Virus record (IMG/VR): IMGVR_UViG_3300032242_000468
Coordinates: 32,001 to 96,000 of that record
Length of the DNA: 64,000 nt
Source of the DNA: a virus
Strand: one strand, 5' to 3'
Shown here: positions 19,655 through 28,778 of the stretch, one piece after another
How positions within the stretch are numbered: the stretch's first letter is position 1
Layout of the letters: each line of letters starts with the position of its first letter
Notes under the pieces: generated by a model
The model's input: only the letters and a program-made list of their open reading frames with translations
Told to the model about the DNA's origin: nothing
Databases searched by the model: none
Translations under genes and position numbers: made by a program

Positions 19655-19664
19655 TATTTATTTA
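19655..19664 (-). promoter_or_regulatory. T4-type late promoter (tandem TAAATA)
   Basis: TAAATAAATA on the minus strand in the intergenic gap upstream of the giant-protein operon. A gp55-like sigma factor is encoded in the window. Confidence 0.65.
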
Positions 19665-19691
19665 GATTGGAAAATAACCCTAGTTTAGGAT

Positions 19692-20411
19692 TTAATCGTT
19701 GTCAACACCGCGAAGTATATTTCTAAAATTCATAAATTTAGAATCAGCACCAACGGTTTTAGCAACATGCCACCATAACAAAGTTTCAGGATGGAATCTA
19801 GCGCCTGCTTCAGTGTATTCATCCATATGATCTACAAGTGTTGTTATCTTAGACATAGTGTTGCTATCAGAAGCAAACCATTGGTCGTTACGCATTTCTT
19901 GTCCGGAAAAGTTGTCAACATCCCACCAAGACTTGAACATCCAATTTGATGCAAAGGCTATAGTGTTTGTTAAATTAACACAACTAGGTAAATCAATATC
20001 GCCCCTAATATCAATATCGCCCCTAGATCTAATAACTAGGTCGTATTTAAAATTATGCGTTTGTTCGTATTGTTGTCTAAGTTGATCTACATTTTTTATC
20101 CCGCCAGCCTGTTTGAACATTTGTTCTGGTCTATTGCCTTGACTCCAACAATCACTTTGCGAATATCGACTGGACCAATTAAAATGCGGTGTAAACTCTA
20201 ACCCTGCAATAGCATAAGATCCTGTCATACAATTTGGCAGTTCTCTTTCTAAAAAAGATTTAAAATTATCTAAATCTTGCTCGCCTTCCCAATGACTAAA
20301 AAATAGATCACACTGAGAATAGCCTGAGTATTTTGATAGTTGTGATTTAAAAAAATCCGTGTTTCCAGTTATTCGGTTGGCTTGACCGCTAAAGCAAACT
20401 GCTATTCTCAT
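19692..20411 (-). CDS. Putative glycosyltransferase-like protein (239 aa)
   Basis: N-terminal RIAVCFSGQ, YDLVIRSRGD (DxxxxxRxD), NDQWFA and HPETLL motifs resemble a phage GT-A-like family. The function is inferred. Confidence 0.5.
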   Translation of the reverse strand: MRIAVCFSGQANRITGNTDFFKSQLSKYSGYSQCDLFFSHWEGEQDLDNFKSFLERELPNCMTGSYAIAGLEFTPHFNWSSRYSQSDCWSQGNRPEQMFKQAGGIKNVDQLRQQYEQTHNFKYDLVIRSRGDIDIRGDIDLPSCVNLTNTIAFASNWMFKSWWDVDNFSGQEMRNDQWFASDSNTMSKITTLVDHMDEYTEAGARFHPETLLWWHVAKTVGADSKFMNFRNILRGVDND

Positions 20412-20415
20412 TTAA

Positions 20416-21207
20416 TTAACTGGCTGGGAAGTATCCGTCAAATCCGAGTAAGGCTACAACAGGTTTAGTTGGAACAGCACCTGTGAATAATATGTAACTA
20501 CCTGTAGTATACGAAACAGTAAATGTACTTGCTGAAGTTAAAGTTCTAGTTACAGCATTACTAAACACAAAGTAATAGTTAGTAGCCGTAGGATTTTGTG
20601 TGTGCTCTGTAATAGTTTGTATAATTGTAGTACCGGCAGGTATTCCTACACCTGTAACTAACATTGTACCAACAGTAGCAGTAATAATATTTGTAGTTGG
20701 TGGGTTAACGCCTCCTACAACTTGAACGGTGTTGGTCCCTGTGTATGCAGGTGCCGCCAGTGTTTCAGTAATTGTTGCCGGAGTTAACTGAATACCATAA
20801 TTTGTAACTGGAATTTGATAAACATTATCAACATATACCATGATATTTTGAGCACCTACTGCATAAGATGCCGCATAATCCGAATTTAAAGGACCAAAAA
20901 TTGTACTGGCATAATCACCGTTTCCTAGATTTTGAACTGTGATTGTGGCAGGTCGAACTGTACGAATTCTTTCCCACTGATTTCTTTCATAAACTTCTAA
21001 GTCTCTAAGATCGCTGTTATAACGAACAGTTCCAGTTACCAATGGCTCTGTTGGAAAATTTGTACCGCCAGGACGATTAGCAGTACTACCTGAGGGCAAT
21101 TCCATACCAATAACAGACTTTGTTAAAATCATCCCATTGGAATCCACAGCAAAATTATTGCTCATTGGATCTTTTGGATTTAAAGAATTACGTTTATAAA
21201 ATTTCAT
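20416..21207 (-). CDS. Putative virion structural/fibre-associated protein (263 aa)
   Basis: ELPSGSTANRP...GTVRYNSD...LEVY motif typical of phage fibre proteins; IMVYVDNVYQIP beta-sandwich-like motif. Confidence 0.65.
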   Translation of the reverse strand: MKFYKRNSLNPKDPMSNNFAVDSNGMILTKSVIGMELPSGSTANRPGGTNFPTEPLVTGTVRYNSDLRDLEVYERNQWERIRTVRPATITVQNLGNGDYASTIFGPLNSDYAASYAVGAQNIMVYVDNVYQIPVTNYGIQLTPATITETLAAPAYTGTNTVQVVGGVNPPTTNIITATVGTMLVTGVGIPAGTTIIQTITEHTQNPTATNYYFVFSNAVTRTLTSASTFTVSYTTGSYILFTGAVPTKPVVALLGFDGYFPAS

Positions 21208-21208
21208 A

Positions 21209-21520
21209 TTATAATGATATATAACTTAATGTTGCAGTAATAACTGAATTTTGAGATGCCTGTGCTTGAACACTATCACCATTTGCAAGAATAAATTTTT
21301 CTGTATCGATACTAAATGTTTCACCTCTAGGAATTGAAATTGCTTTACAAATCTTGTTATTATCTCCTCTAGCATACCCGGAAGGCACCATCCAGATATC
21401 CACAGTAGCATCTGTGGTTGCACTGGTGTTACAGAATATAATTGCTGTAATAGCATTATCACCTATTGATTGATAAACAGGTCCTGGTAAAGTTGTTAAT
21501 TGTGTATTAGTAATTGCCAT
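21209..21520 (-). CDS. Small putative virion structural protein (103 aa)
   Basis: Tightly packed in the structural operon; similar to 12571..12954. Confidence 0.65.
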   Translation of the reverse strand: MAITNTQLTTLPGPVYQSIGDNAITAIIFCNTSATTDATVDIWMVPSGYARGDNNKICKAISIPRGETFSIDTEKFILANGDSVQAQASQNSVITATLSYISL

Positions 21521-21529
21521 TGGCGTTCC

Positions 21530-22555
21530 TTAAAATATTATTGCTAGTAAAACTGCTTTTTTAGCCGAAACTAATTCGCCGGTAGATGTGCTAGTTCCGT
21601 CAAAATGATTGTACATCAATCCAGTTGAGCCTGCACCACTTTTTGTACTACTATACAATTTTGTTTTTCCAACTTCAAAACCTGGAGGGCTTGCTGGCGG
21701 AGTTAATGATATTCCACTATTTATAGCAATAAACCCTGTTCCATTGGTAGATAATGTTAAGTCTGTGTTTGTTGCAATAGATGAAATTGCCGACGGTGTA
21801 AAATTTAAATTAATGATAGGCATTCCAACCGAAGTCGGATATACTCTAAATACATCTATATCATCAAGGTAAGTAGTTATATAACTAGTAGCAGTAACAT
21901 TACGTTGATCTGTGCGATCGTTAATCATAATAGAACTATTGCCTGCTCGGATAAATCTTGCCTCAGTAGCAGTGCCTACCCCTCGGATAGCATTAAACTT
22001 ATAATCAACGTACCCTTTGTTAGGAATATCGTTGTCGTTAGTAGAGTTTTCCATTCTAGCGGTATAGCCAAGATCGGTTACAGCCAAATTTTCAATTCCG
22101 TCTGTTAAGATATAATTTTTATCTTGTCCTGATTGTGCACCATTAATTTTTAAGAATCCAACTTCTGCACCGGCAAATTGATTTTTAACTTTAAAAGTCC
22201 ACAATCCCTGTCCCGTAGCCGCCGCAGTATATGGTCTATTATCATCCCATAAGAAAGTAGTAGCATACTGTGTACTATTAGTTGGGTCTCTAGAAATTTG
22301 TATACCCGATGTTCCCATTGTAACGTGTCCAACACTAGTTTCACCGCTATTTAAAATAATGAGATTATCTGATATTTGTAAATTATTTTGAGTAACATTA
22401 GTAATTGTACTGATCTGTACTGTTTCACCTTTCACTGTAAGGTTACCGGTGATAATAACTTCACCTGATAGATAACCTGTGTCAAGCGTAATCGTGCCAG
22501 AACTAGCAGTTTTAACATAATAATCACCAGAAAGAACTAACTTGTCAGCACTCAT
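21530..22555 (-). CDS. Putative virion structural/fibre protein (341 aa)
   Basis: GNLTVKG...ISDNLIILNSGE and DIPNKGYVD fibre-like motifs; own TAAATA box and SD upstream. Confidence 0.65.
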   Translation of the reverse strand: MSADKLVLSGDYYVKTASSGTITLDTGYLSGEVIITGNLTVKGETVQISTITNVTQNNLQISDNLIILNSGETSVGHVTMGTSGIQISRDPTNSTQYATTFLWDDNRPYTAAATGQGLWTFKVKNQFAGAEVGFLKINGAQSGQDKNYILTDGIENLAVTDLGYTARMENSTNDNDIPNKGYVDYKFNAIRGVGTATEARFIRAGNSSIMINDRTDQRNVTATSYITTYLDDIDVFRVYPTSVGMPIINLNFTPSAISSIATNTDLTLSTNGTGFIAINSGISLTPPASPPGFEVGKTKLYSSTKSGAGSTGLMYNHFDGTSTSTGELVSAKKAVLLAIIF

Positions 22556-22574
22556 GAAACGATTCCTTTAAGCA

Positions 22575-22580
22575 TATTTA
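22575..22580 (-). promoter_or_regulatory. Late promoter TAAATA
   Basis: TAAATA 19 nt upstream of the ATG at 22555, followed by the SD AAAGGA. Confidence 0.6.
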
Positions 22581-22584
22581 GCGT

Positions 22585-23163
22585 TTAATACACCATTAGT
22601 TGAACTGAGTCTATAAGCACAGTTTCTTTGTGTGGGTAATATAAGTGACTCTGCAAACGTAATGTAATTCCAAATGTAGAATCTTGTACCATCGCCGCCG
22701 TTAATTGATTATCCCATAAGTCTGTAGGACTACCGTAAGTCATAGAATTATGAACTGGCACATGATTTAAATCATCTAACAAATAGTTAATTTTATTTTC
22801 TCCCATCAAGTTTCCTTGATGGGTAAGTTGTACAGTTTCGTCCATGATTCTACCTTTTCTACGAATAGAAGTCTGTACCTGTATTCCATTTATAGGATCT
22901 GTTAATCCGGTAATATTAAAACCAGTAAATGTAATATACCAAGTCTTTTGTCTAAGAGGTGCATGTCCATCGTTAGCAATATATAGCAACGGACTTATAC
23001 TTTGAATAGTACCAGTCCTGTTAGATAAATTTGTATTAGGAGTAGTTATGACACGCCCTTGGCCATCAACAGAATTGTTAACACCTGCTTGCCATTGAAT
23101 GTGTTGATCAAACTCTGCATGTTGAGAAGTGATCGAAGGAGAATACCATTGTTGTGTTGTCAT
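22585..23163 (-). CDS. Hypothetical protein, possibly jelly-roll/lectin-like (true start probably ATG 23163)
   Basis: The track start (23178) overlaps the promoter box. ATG at 23163 lies 5 nt after TAAATA. Predicted beta-rich, with a YGSPTDLW motif. Confidence 0.6.
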   Translation of the reverse strand: MTTQQWYSPSITSQHAEFDQHIQWQAGVNNSVDGQGRVITTPNTNLSNRTGTIQSISPLLYIANDGHAPLRQKTWYITFTGFNITGLTDPINGIQVQTSIRRKGRIMDETVQLTHQGNLMGENKINYLLDDLNHVPVHNSMTYGSPTDLWDNQLTAAMVQDSTFGITLRLQSHLYYPHKETVLIDSVQLMVY

Positions 23164-23168
23164 ATAGG

Positions 23169-23174
23169 TATTTA
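23169..23174 (-). promoter_or_regulatory. Late promoter TAAATA (leaderless-type, TAAATA-N5-ATG)
   Basis: Directly after the terminator; 5 nt to the ATG and no SD. Confidence 0.6.
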
Positions 23175-23180
23175 CCAAAG

Positions 23181-23204
23181 AAAAACGCCCCGAAGGGCGT
23201 TTTT
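23181..23204 (-). terminator. Rho-independent terminator
   Basis: AAAAACGCCC-TTCG-GGGCGTTTTT on the minus strand: perfect stem, UUCG loop and U-tract, just after the stop of the 324-aa gene. Confidence 0.9.
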
Positions 23205-23220
23205 ATCTGCTTACATTTTA

Positions 23221-24195
23221 TTAGTTGTTAGCAATTTGAACAAATTGAGCACCATTTGTACTTACATATGGAGCACTAAAACTCCATGGAGCAGGTCTAA
23301 ATGATGAATAAACAGCAGTACTTGTATTTGTTCTGTTAACTAATAGTGCTTTATGAGCAGTTAGTTTCATAACATAATATGTTGCACCGGCTGTGTCTGT
23401 AGCAAGAACGTGCATGTTACCATGTGTAAGGGTATGTGCCGCACCTGTACCTGAACTTAAATGACAAACACCTACACCTTGTGAATTCACAATCAAGTAA
23501 CGACGCGATGATTCTTGTTTAATAATGTCACCACCTGTTACAGCACTTGATCCTGTTGTTAGGTAAGATGTAAATTTAATCGCGTTCTGACGATTTGTTG
23601 TTAAATTAACTGTACCTACAGGTGCGCTTGGGGCTCCACCGGTAACAATAGGAGTTTCTGTTCCAACGTAACCAGTACCTGGTGTAGTTACAGGAACTAT
23701 ACCATTCTTAACATGGAAGAATAAATCTACAAGGAATGTAGATGTTGTTCCAGGACCGCTTACTTTAGTAGCATTAATACCTTGTGTATATCCGTTTGTT
23801 CCACCTGTTGGGAAAACAGTAATACCAGATCCTGCATTAGTAAATGTGAAGATTGCGTTTGAACCTGCAATGTTCCAAACTGTAAACTGTGCGCCACCTG
23901 TGGTAGGATATGTGAATATATCACCTACTGCTAGGTTACCGCCTCCACGAGATTTACCAGCACCAGTTGACATTGTAATTGCTTCGTATGTAACTGTGCC
24001 AGCAACTGCTTGTTGACCTTCAGCAATTGTTGGAGCAGGGGCTGTGATTGTTACCGGAGCAAGCATACTACCAGCATTGCTTAAAAAATTTAGACTGGCA
24101 AGACCTTCTCCACCAACACCCGATAATTGATCATATAAATCAGTGTATGGGTAATTTGTATTACCGAAATATTTCTTTTTAATTGGACGTCCCAT
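23221..24195 (-). CDS. Putative head-associated structural protein (324 aa)
   Basis: Directly downstream of the capsid gene, with its own late promoter, strong SD (AAGGAG) and terminator. Gly/Thr-rich. Confidence 0.65.
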   Translation of the reverse strand: MGRPIKKKYFGNTNYPYTDLYDQLSGVGGEGLASLNFLSNAGSMLAPVTITAPAPTIAEGQQAVAGTVTYEAITMSTGAGKSRGGGNLAVGDIFTYPTTGGAQFTVWNIAGSNAIFTFTNAGSGITVFPTGGTNGYTQGINATKVSGPGTTSTFLVDLFFHVKNGIVPVTTPGTGYVGTETPIVTGGAPSAPVGTVNLTTNRQNAIKFTSYLTTGSSAVTGGDIIKQESSRRYLIVNSQGVGVCHLSSGTGAAHTLTHGNMHVLATDTAGATYYVMKLTAHKALLVNRTNTSTAVYSSFRPAPWSFSAPYVSTNGAQFVQIANN

Positions 24196-24215
24196 TTTGT
24201 TTCTCCTTAATGTTG

Positions 24216-24257
24216 TGAGCGTTCTAGGCTCTACGCGGATGGTACCGCATAAACTCA
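24216..24257 (-). ncRNA. Candidate structured 5' leader of the 324-aa gene
   Basis: UGAG/CUCA outer stem, 9-bp inner stem UUUAUGCGG/CCGCGUAGA with G-U pairs and a one-sided GCCUAGAAC bulge, placed between TAAATA and the SD. Confidence 0.45.
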
Positions 24258-24279
24258 GTTAAAATGATAACCGGCTTGT

Positions 24280-24285
24280 TATTTA
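24280..24285 (-). promoter_or_regulatory. Late promoter TAAATA
   Basis: Immediately after the capsid-gene terminator. Confidence 0.6.
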
Positions 24286-24287
24286 AC

Positions 24288-24310
24288 AAAAAACCCGCCG
24301 AAGCGGGTTT
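24288..24310 (-). terminator. Rho-independent terminator after the major capsid gene
   Basis: AAACCCGC-TTCG-GCGGGTTTTTT on the minus strand. Confidence 0.9.
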
Positions 24311-24338
24311 CTTGATTTGCTTTAGACCAAATCCAATA

Positions 24339-25520
24339 TTATTGGAAACTTACTGTTGCACTTGTGATAGCAACTTTGGCTAGGTAGTCAGCGGCGTTAC
24401 CTAGTGAAGATGCTGTGTTTGATAACTCAACATATCCGTAACGTGTTAAGAAGCCAACTACTGGCTCAAATGTATTTGGATCTAGAACAACACCAGAACT
24501 CATCAATGGAATATAAGGGCAGTAGAAAGCGGCGGCATCAGCCTCGCTTGAACCTTTATAACCAACTAGAATTTGGTTGTTGTCATCTGTATCGCTCTTA
24601 TAAGCGTCAACATAAATTCTCATGCTACTGTTCAATGTACCAACAAACTTAGTGTTTGTAGGTGCTTCGAATGTACCTTCTGTTGTTCTTGCAAACGCAG
24701 AAGTTGTAGCAGATTGAAGAATTGTCAATGCTTGGTTAGAAACAACTGCCCAGTTAGCAGAACCACGACGTGTTCTTTGAGCAATTAAGTTACTAGCACG
24801 GTTGATCATAACCGCTAAAGCGGCATGCTCGTCACCAACGAATGTTGCTGTACCAGAAACTTGTGATTGGTCATAAGTTTCTTCAACAGAAGCCAAAGAA
24901 CGTAGAGAAGTTAAAATCTCTTGATCGATTTCAACTGTGATCTCTTGTGCTAGGGCGGCCATGATTTCAGCCTCAATGTCAATACCTTGCTGTGCTTGAG
25001 CATCTTGAGCAGCCTCGAATGTCCAACGTGCGCTTAGTTTGCGTGATTTGGCTTCGACTGGTGCTTTCAAGATTTGAATGCTCATACGCTTACCTGGTTG
25101 TCCCTCAAGAACTGAAGTGGCACTAGCACGTGGTGTAGTGTCATTGTTGTTACCAGAATAAGCAGCCGCAATCTTGAATGGGCTTAATGCTTCTTCACCT
25201 GCTACGATACCGTCACCGTTTGATGTATCAGCGTAACGAACACGTAGTGTGTGAATTTGTCCAACAGGGCCAGTCATTGGTTGAACACCAATGATTTCGT
25301 TAGCAATAACTGTTGGCATAACACGACGAATAACTGGAAGAATAACGCGGTTTAATGTAGCGATATTACCAGAACTTGTAGCGCCACTTGTTGCGGCTTC
25401 TGCCAAGTACTTACGTGTGTTCTCTAAGCAGACTTGCATAGATGAACGACGAGTACCTTGTAGGCCTTCAAGCAGAGCGTCTTTGGTCTCTGACCATCTT
25501 TCATTTAATAATTTTGACAT
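24339..25520 (-). CDS. gp23: Major capsid protein (T4 gp23-like)
   Basis: GVQPMTGPVGQI, KSRKLSARWTFEAAQD, EIDQEI, YCPYIPL, FEPVVGFLTRYG motifs. Confidence 0.97.
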   Translation of the reverse strand: MSKLLNERWSETKDALLEGLQGTRRSSMQVCLENTRKYLAEAATSGATSSGNIATLNRVILPVIRRVMPTVIANEIIGVQPMTGPVGQIHTLRVRYADTSNGDGIVAGEEALSPFKIAAAYSGNNNDTTPRASATSVLEGQPGKRMSIQILKAPVEAKSRKLSARWTFEAAQDAQAQQGIDIEAEIMAALAQEITVEIDQEILTSLRSLASVEETYDQSQVSGTATFVGDEHAALAVMINRASNLIAQRTRRGSANWAVVSNQALTILQSATTSAFARTTEGTFEAPTNTKFVGTLNSSMRIYVDAYKSDTDDNNQILVGYKGSSEADAAAFYCPYIPLMSSGVVLDPNTFEPVVGFLTRYGYVELSNTASSLGNAADYLAKVAITSATVSFQ

Positions 25521-25546
25521 TTTATGTCTTCTCCTTGAATATTAAA

Positions 25547-26644
25547 TTATTTCAGTCCCGCTAATTTGCGGATATCTAAAATGTTATCTTCGCCTACCTG
25601 AGGCTGATTTTTCTCTTCGCGATTACCTGTGATCTCATGACCTTCTGTTAGTACAGCCTTTTTAGCGGCTGGCTTAACTATATTACCTTCTAGCACTGCT
25701 GGTAGGTACTTGTCAAATGATTCAGTAAGTTTCTGTGTCTTGGTAGACTCAAGCAACTCTTTCATAATCGTTTTCTGTTCAGCACTCAAAGGTGCTAGTA
25801 ACTCACTCATCACCGTTTTACGTTCCATTAGATCTTTAGCAATGCGAACTTCGCGTTCCTTAGATTCAATGACACGTTGCTTTTCTGTGACAACTGTTTG
25901 TGCTTCGGCTAACTCTGCATCTTTCTTTTGAATAATCTTAAGCAATTTACTTGTTTCAGATTTTTCATTTAGATAACTTGTAGAATACTCCTGGGCAAAT
26001 GCTTCAAATACTCGACGACCGAATGCGTTACGACGAGCAGAATCGATATCTTCTTTCAACTGATATAACTCAGAATTAAGTTTTTTCGTTACTGTCTCTT
26101 GTACTAATGCGGCGCTTCTCATAATGAAACGTTGTTTTACCTCATCGAATTTCTTCTTGGCTTCACGTACTAACTTAACTTTCGCTTCTGCTAGTTCACG
26201 CTTGTCTTGACTAAACTCGTTGATTTCTCTTGCTAGAGCAGTTACAATGAACTGTTCTAACTTAGCAAAATTCTCTGCAACCTTTTGACGGTCGTTTTGG
26301 AATTCTCCTAATTCTTTACCTAACTGATTAATAACAAAAGTTTCCATCATTTTAGAATCTCTTGCCATCTTGTTTTGATAAGCAACTTTGGCTTCCACCA
26401 ATCCTTTCTTATCGTCTACAAGCTCAGCCATCTCTGCGGCCAATCTATCGCCAACCATTTTGTCGAGTGCTTCAACAATAGAACGCTTGTCGTGTTCATA
26501 TTTTTGGGCAAACTCTTCGCGTAGTTCAGCAGTGACTTGGTCGCGGTTTTCTTGAATCTTAGCACTGAAAGCAGAGTCTAGTTCAGAACCTACGTCCTCA
26601 CCTATAACACCACTCTCTACTAACCTCTTGAATGCGTCCATCAT
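25547..26644 (-). CDS. gp22: Prohead scaffolding/core protein (T4 gp22-like)
   Basis: Coiled-coil, E/K-rich; located between protease and capsid genes. Confidence 0.8.
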   Translation of the reverse strand: MMDAFKRLVESGVIGEDVGSELDSAFSAKIQENRDQVTAELREEFAQKYEHDKRSIVEALDKMVGDRLAAEMAELVDDKKGLVEAKVAYQNKMARDSKMMETFVINQLGKELGEFQNDRQKVAENFAKLEQFIVTALAREINEFSQDKRELAEAKVKLVREAKKKFDEVKQRFIMRSAALVQETVTKKLNSELYQLKEDIDSARRNAFGRRVFEAFAQEYSTSYLNEKSETSKLLKIIQKKDAELAEAQTVVTEKQRVIESKEREVRIAKDLMERKTVMSELLAPLSAEQKTIMKELLESTKTQKLTESFDKYLPAVLEGNIVKPAAKKAVLTEGHEITGNREEKNQPQVGEDNILDIRKLAGLK

Positions 26645-26656
26645 CGCTTTATCTCC

Positions 26657-27292
26657 TTAGGTTTTTAAGCCATTTATGATACTCAGCATGGCCTCACGGA
26701 CATACTTTTCTGCCTTGGGATCTTTTTGTACCTCCTGCGCAGTCCTAAATGCTCTATGACCATTACGACTATTCATCAAATGTTCATAAATTGGTGTAGG
26801 ATATGCTCCCGGCGCACTTGGTTGAGCAACTATATCAACTGTGATAATCTCGAACTCAGATACTTGACCGTTGCTTTCGTTAACGTTTCCGCTACCTCTA
26901 GAACTTACACCAAGTTTTACACCGCTTTCAAGCATAGTCTTTACTAAATTACCCATTGGGGTAGGAAGGATTTTCATCTTTCCATAACCATTAGGACCGT
27001 CCATCCACATATCAGTGATCATGTGTGACACACGGTCCAAATTTACTTTTAAGTCTTCAGGATGATCTACCTCACCTAGTACAGAGTAACCATTTTGTAT
27101 TTGATCGTTAAGCGTTTTAACTGCAATAGTAATTTCATTCACAGGGTAAACACGCTGGTTAGCGTTGCGAATACCGCCTTGAATTGCAATGCCTTTTAAG
27201 TACAGACTCTTGCCTTCCTGACCTTCAACAGACTCTACCACGCATCTTGCTTGATCAAAACTTAAATGTTCTCTTAGGTAAGATATTTTCAT
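26657..27292 (-). CDS. gp21: Prohead protease (T4 gp21-like)
   Basis: NANQRVYP, GEVDHP, VSHMIT, TPMG, LGVSSRGSG and DIVAQPSAPGAY motifs. Confidence 0.95.
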   Translation of the reverse strand: MKISYLREHLSFDQARCVVESVEGQEGKSLYLKGIAIQGGIRNANQRVYPVNEITIAVKTLNDQIQNGYSVLGEVDHPEDLKVNLDRVSHMITDMWMDGPNGYGKMKILPTPMGNLVKTMLESGVKLGVSSRGSGNVNESNGQVSEFEIITVDIVAQPSAPGAYPTPIYEHLMNSRNGHRAFRTAQEVQKDPKAEKYVREAMLSIINGLKT

Positions 27293-27294
27293 TA

Positions 27295-28368
27295 TTAAGC
27301 GTTCCTGTTAGGTGCGCCTGTCAACGGGCTCTTAGTATTAACGGAACCAGTTTGACCTGATTTACCACCTGTACCAGCACCCCATCCTTGTCCTTCTCCG
27401 CCTGTGCCCTTCTTCTCAGCGCCGTGTCCGCCACTAACTTTGCTTAGTGCCGCGCCCGACTTCATGCTAGAAGTTGCTTTGTTAGAGATATTCTTTTCAA
27501 CACCTTTAGTGTACTCGCCTTTAGTAGCGCCAACTAAACCACGTGAACCTTTGTCCATATTAGGACTTGTTCCACTCATTTCGCCAACACCTTTAGTGTT
27601 TGCTAGAATGTTGTGTGCTGTTGCGCCAGTTGTTGGCTTACCTTTACCAGAACTAACTGGGCTTGGTGTGTTGCTTACGTCTGTTTGACCAGCCTTGTCA
27701 CCTTTTCCTGATCCAACTGGACCTGGTGTTTTCATGCTGTTCTTTTCCCAGTCGTTACCAACTGTGTCACGATATTCACGAACACGTTGACGGCTTTCAA
27801 ACATGCCTTCGTCTTCATCATCTTCTTCGCTGTCGTCTTCTTCTTCATCACCAAACTCTTCACCGTCGTCTTCACCTTCTTCGTCGCCGAAATCAGGATC
27901 ATCAACACCGTCGTGATGCTCTGGCTCGTGTTCTTCGTCAGCCATTAGGGCTTCAAATTCTGCTTTTAATTGCTCTAGGGCATCTTCTAGATCGTCGATG
28001 CGTTCTTCAGTAGAACCTTCGTCACCGCCTAGATCACCGGCCATGTCGTCACCGCCCATATCATCCATATCATCCATTCCGTCGTCGCCCATGTCAGCAC
28101 CAGGTGCTCCCATGTCGCCGGCCATAGCATCTGTTGGGTCGCCGCCGATTTCAAGAGTAGTTTCTTCGTCTAACTCTTCTTCGTCGTCTTCCTCATCGTC
28201 TTCTTGGGCTTCGTCCATTTCTTCTTCGTCTTCTTCCGCTTCTTCAGCGATTAGATTTTCGTATATATCTCTAGATTTTTCTACAACGATTTCATGAAAC
28301 AATTCATTTGCCTTGTCCATTTCCTCGTTTACTAGATAATCTAGAAGTTGTTCAAACTTATTAGTCAT
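27295..28368 (-). CDS. Highly acidic prohead core/internal protein (357 aa)
   Basis: D/E-rich N-terminal half and G/K-rich C-terminal half; position between portal and protease like T4 gp67/gp68; strong SD AGGAG. Confidence 0.65.
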   Translation of the reverse strand: MTNKFEQLLDYLVNEEMDKANELFHEIVVEKSRDIYENLIAEEAEEDEEEMDEAQEDDEEDDEEELDEETTLEIGGDPTDAMAGDMGAPGADMGDDGMDDMDDMGGDDMAGDLGGDEGSTEERIDDLEDALEQLKAEFEALMADEEHEPEHHDGVDDPDFGDEEGEDDGEEFGDEEEDDSEEDDEDEGMFESRQRVREYRDTVGNDWEKNSMKTPGPVGSGKGDKAGQTDVSNTPSPVSSGKGKPTTGATAHNILANTKGVGEMSGTSPNMDKGSRGLVGATKGEYTKGVEKNISNKATSSMKSGAALSKVSGGHGAEKKGTGGEGQGWGAGTGGKSGQTGSVNTKSPLTGAPNRNA

Positions 28369-28406
28369 TGCGTTGGTCTCCTATTATATTGGCAAGGCTG
28401 TCGACA

Positions 28407-28412
28407 TATTTA
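28407..28412 (-). promoter_or_regulatory. Late promoter TAAATA for the core-protease-scaffold-capsid operon
   Basis: TAAATA flanked by a GGCTG/CAGCC inverted repeat; a second box lies at 28489-28494. Confidence 0.6.
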
Positions 28413-28445
28413 CAGCCGCATAGGAATACTTATATGAAATAGCCG

Positions 28446-28462
28446 AAAAAACCAGGTTTTTT
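28446..28462. repeat. Perfect palindrome AAAAAACC-A-GGTTTTTT
   Basis: Seen directly in the intergenic region between the two TAAATA boxes; could be an operator or a weak terminator. Confidence 0.5.
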
Positions 28463-28524
28463 GGTATTCAATGTGAAAAACGCAAAAATATTTACGATTT
28501 TAATGAGAGAAGTTAAGTTTGTAC

Positions 28525-28767
28525 TTAAACAGCACCTTCCTCAGCGGGAGGAGCCGCATACATTACTTTTACAAATTCAAGGTCTTCTTTTTGCTCTTTA
28601 AAGCGAGCTTCGCCGCCTTTTCTCAAGTCATTGAGCATACGTAGGGTAAGCCTTGTTTTACGTAGATCTTTGCTTTTTAGAACCGAAGTATCGTGAAAAG
28701 GATCGTACCTGTCGTTGTCTTCAAGTCCGTGATCTTGATTAAAATAAATGAATTCGTTTAGTAGCAT
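28525..28767 (-). CDS. Small head-module protein (80 aa)
   Basis: Follows the portal gene; TAAATA-N5-ATG start; MLLNEF N-terminus and RKTRLTL motif. Confidence 0.7.
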   Translation of the reverse strand: MLLNEFIYFNQDHGLEDNDRYDPFHDTSVLKSKDLRKTRLTLRMLNDLRKGGEARFKEQKEDLEFVKVMYAAPPAEEGAV

Positions 28768-28772
28768 ACTGC

Positions 28773-28778
28773 TATTTA
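28773..28778 (-). promoter_or_regulatory. Late promoter TAAATA (leaderless-type)
   Basis: Directly after the portal stop codon; 5 nt to ATG 28767. Confidence 0.6.
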
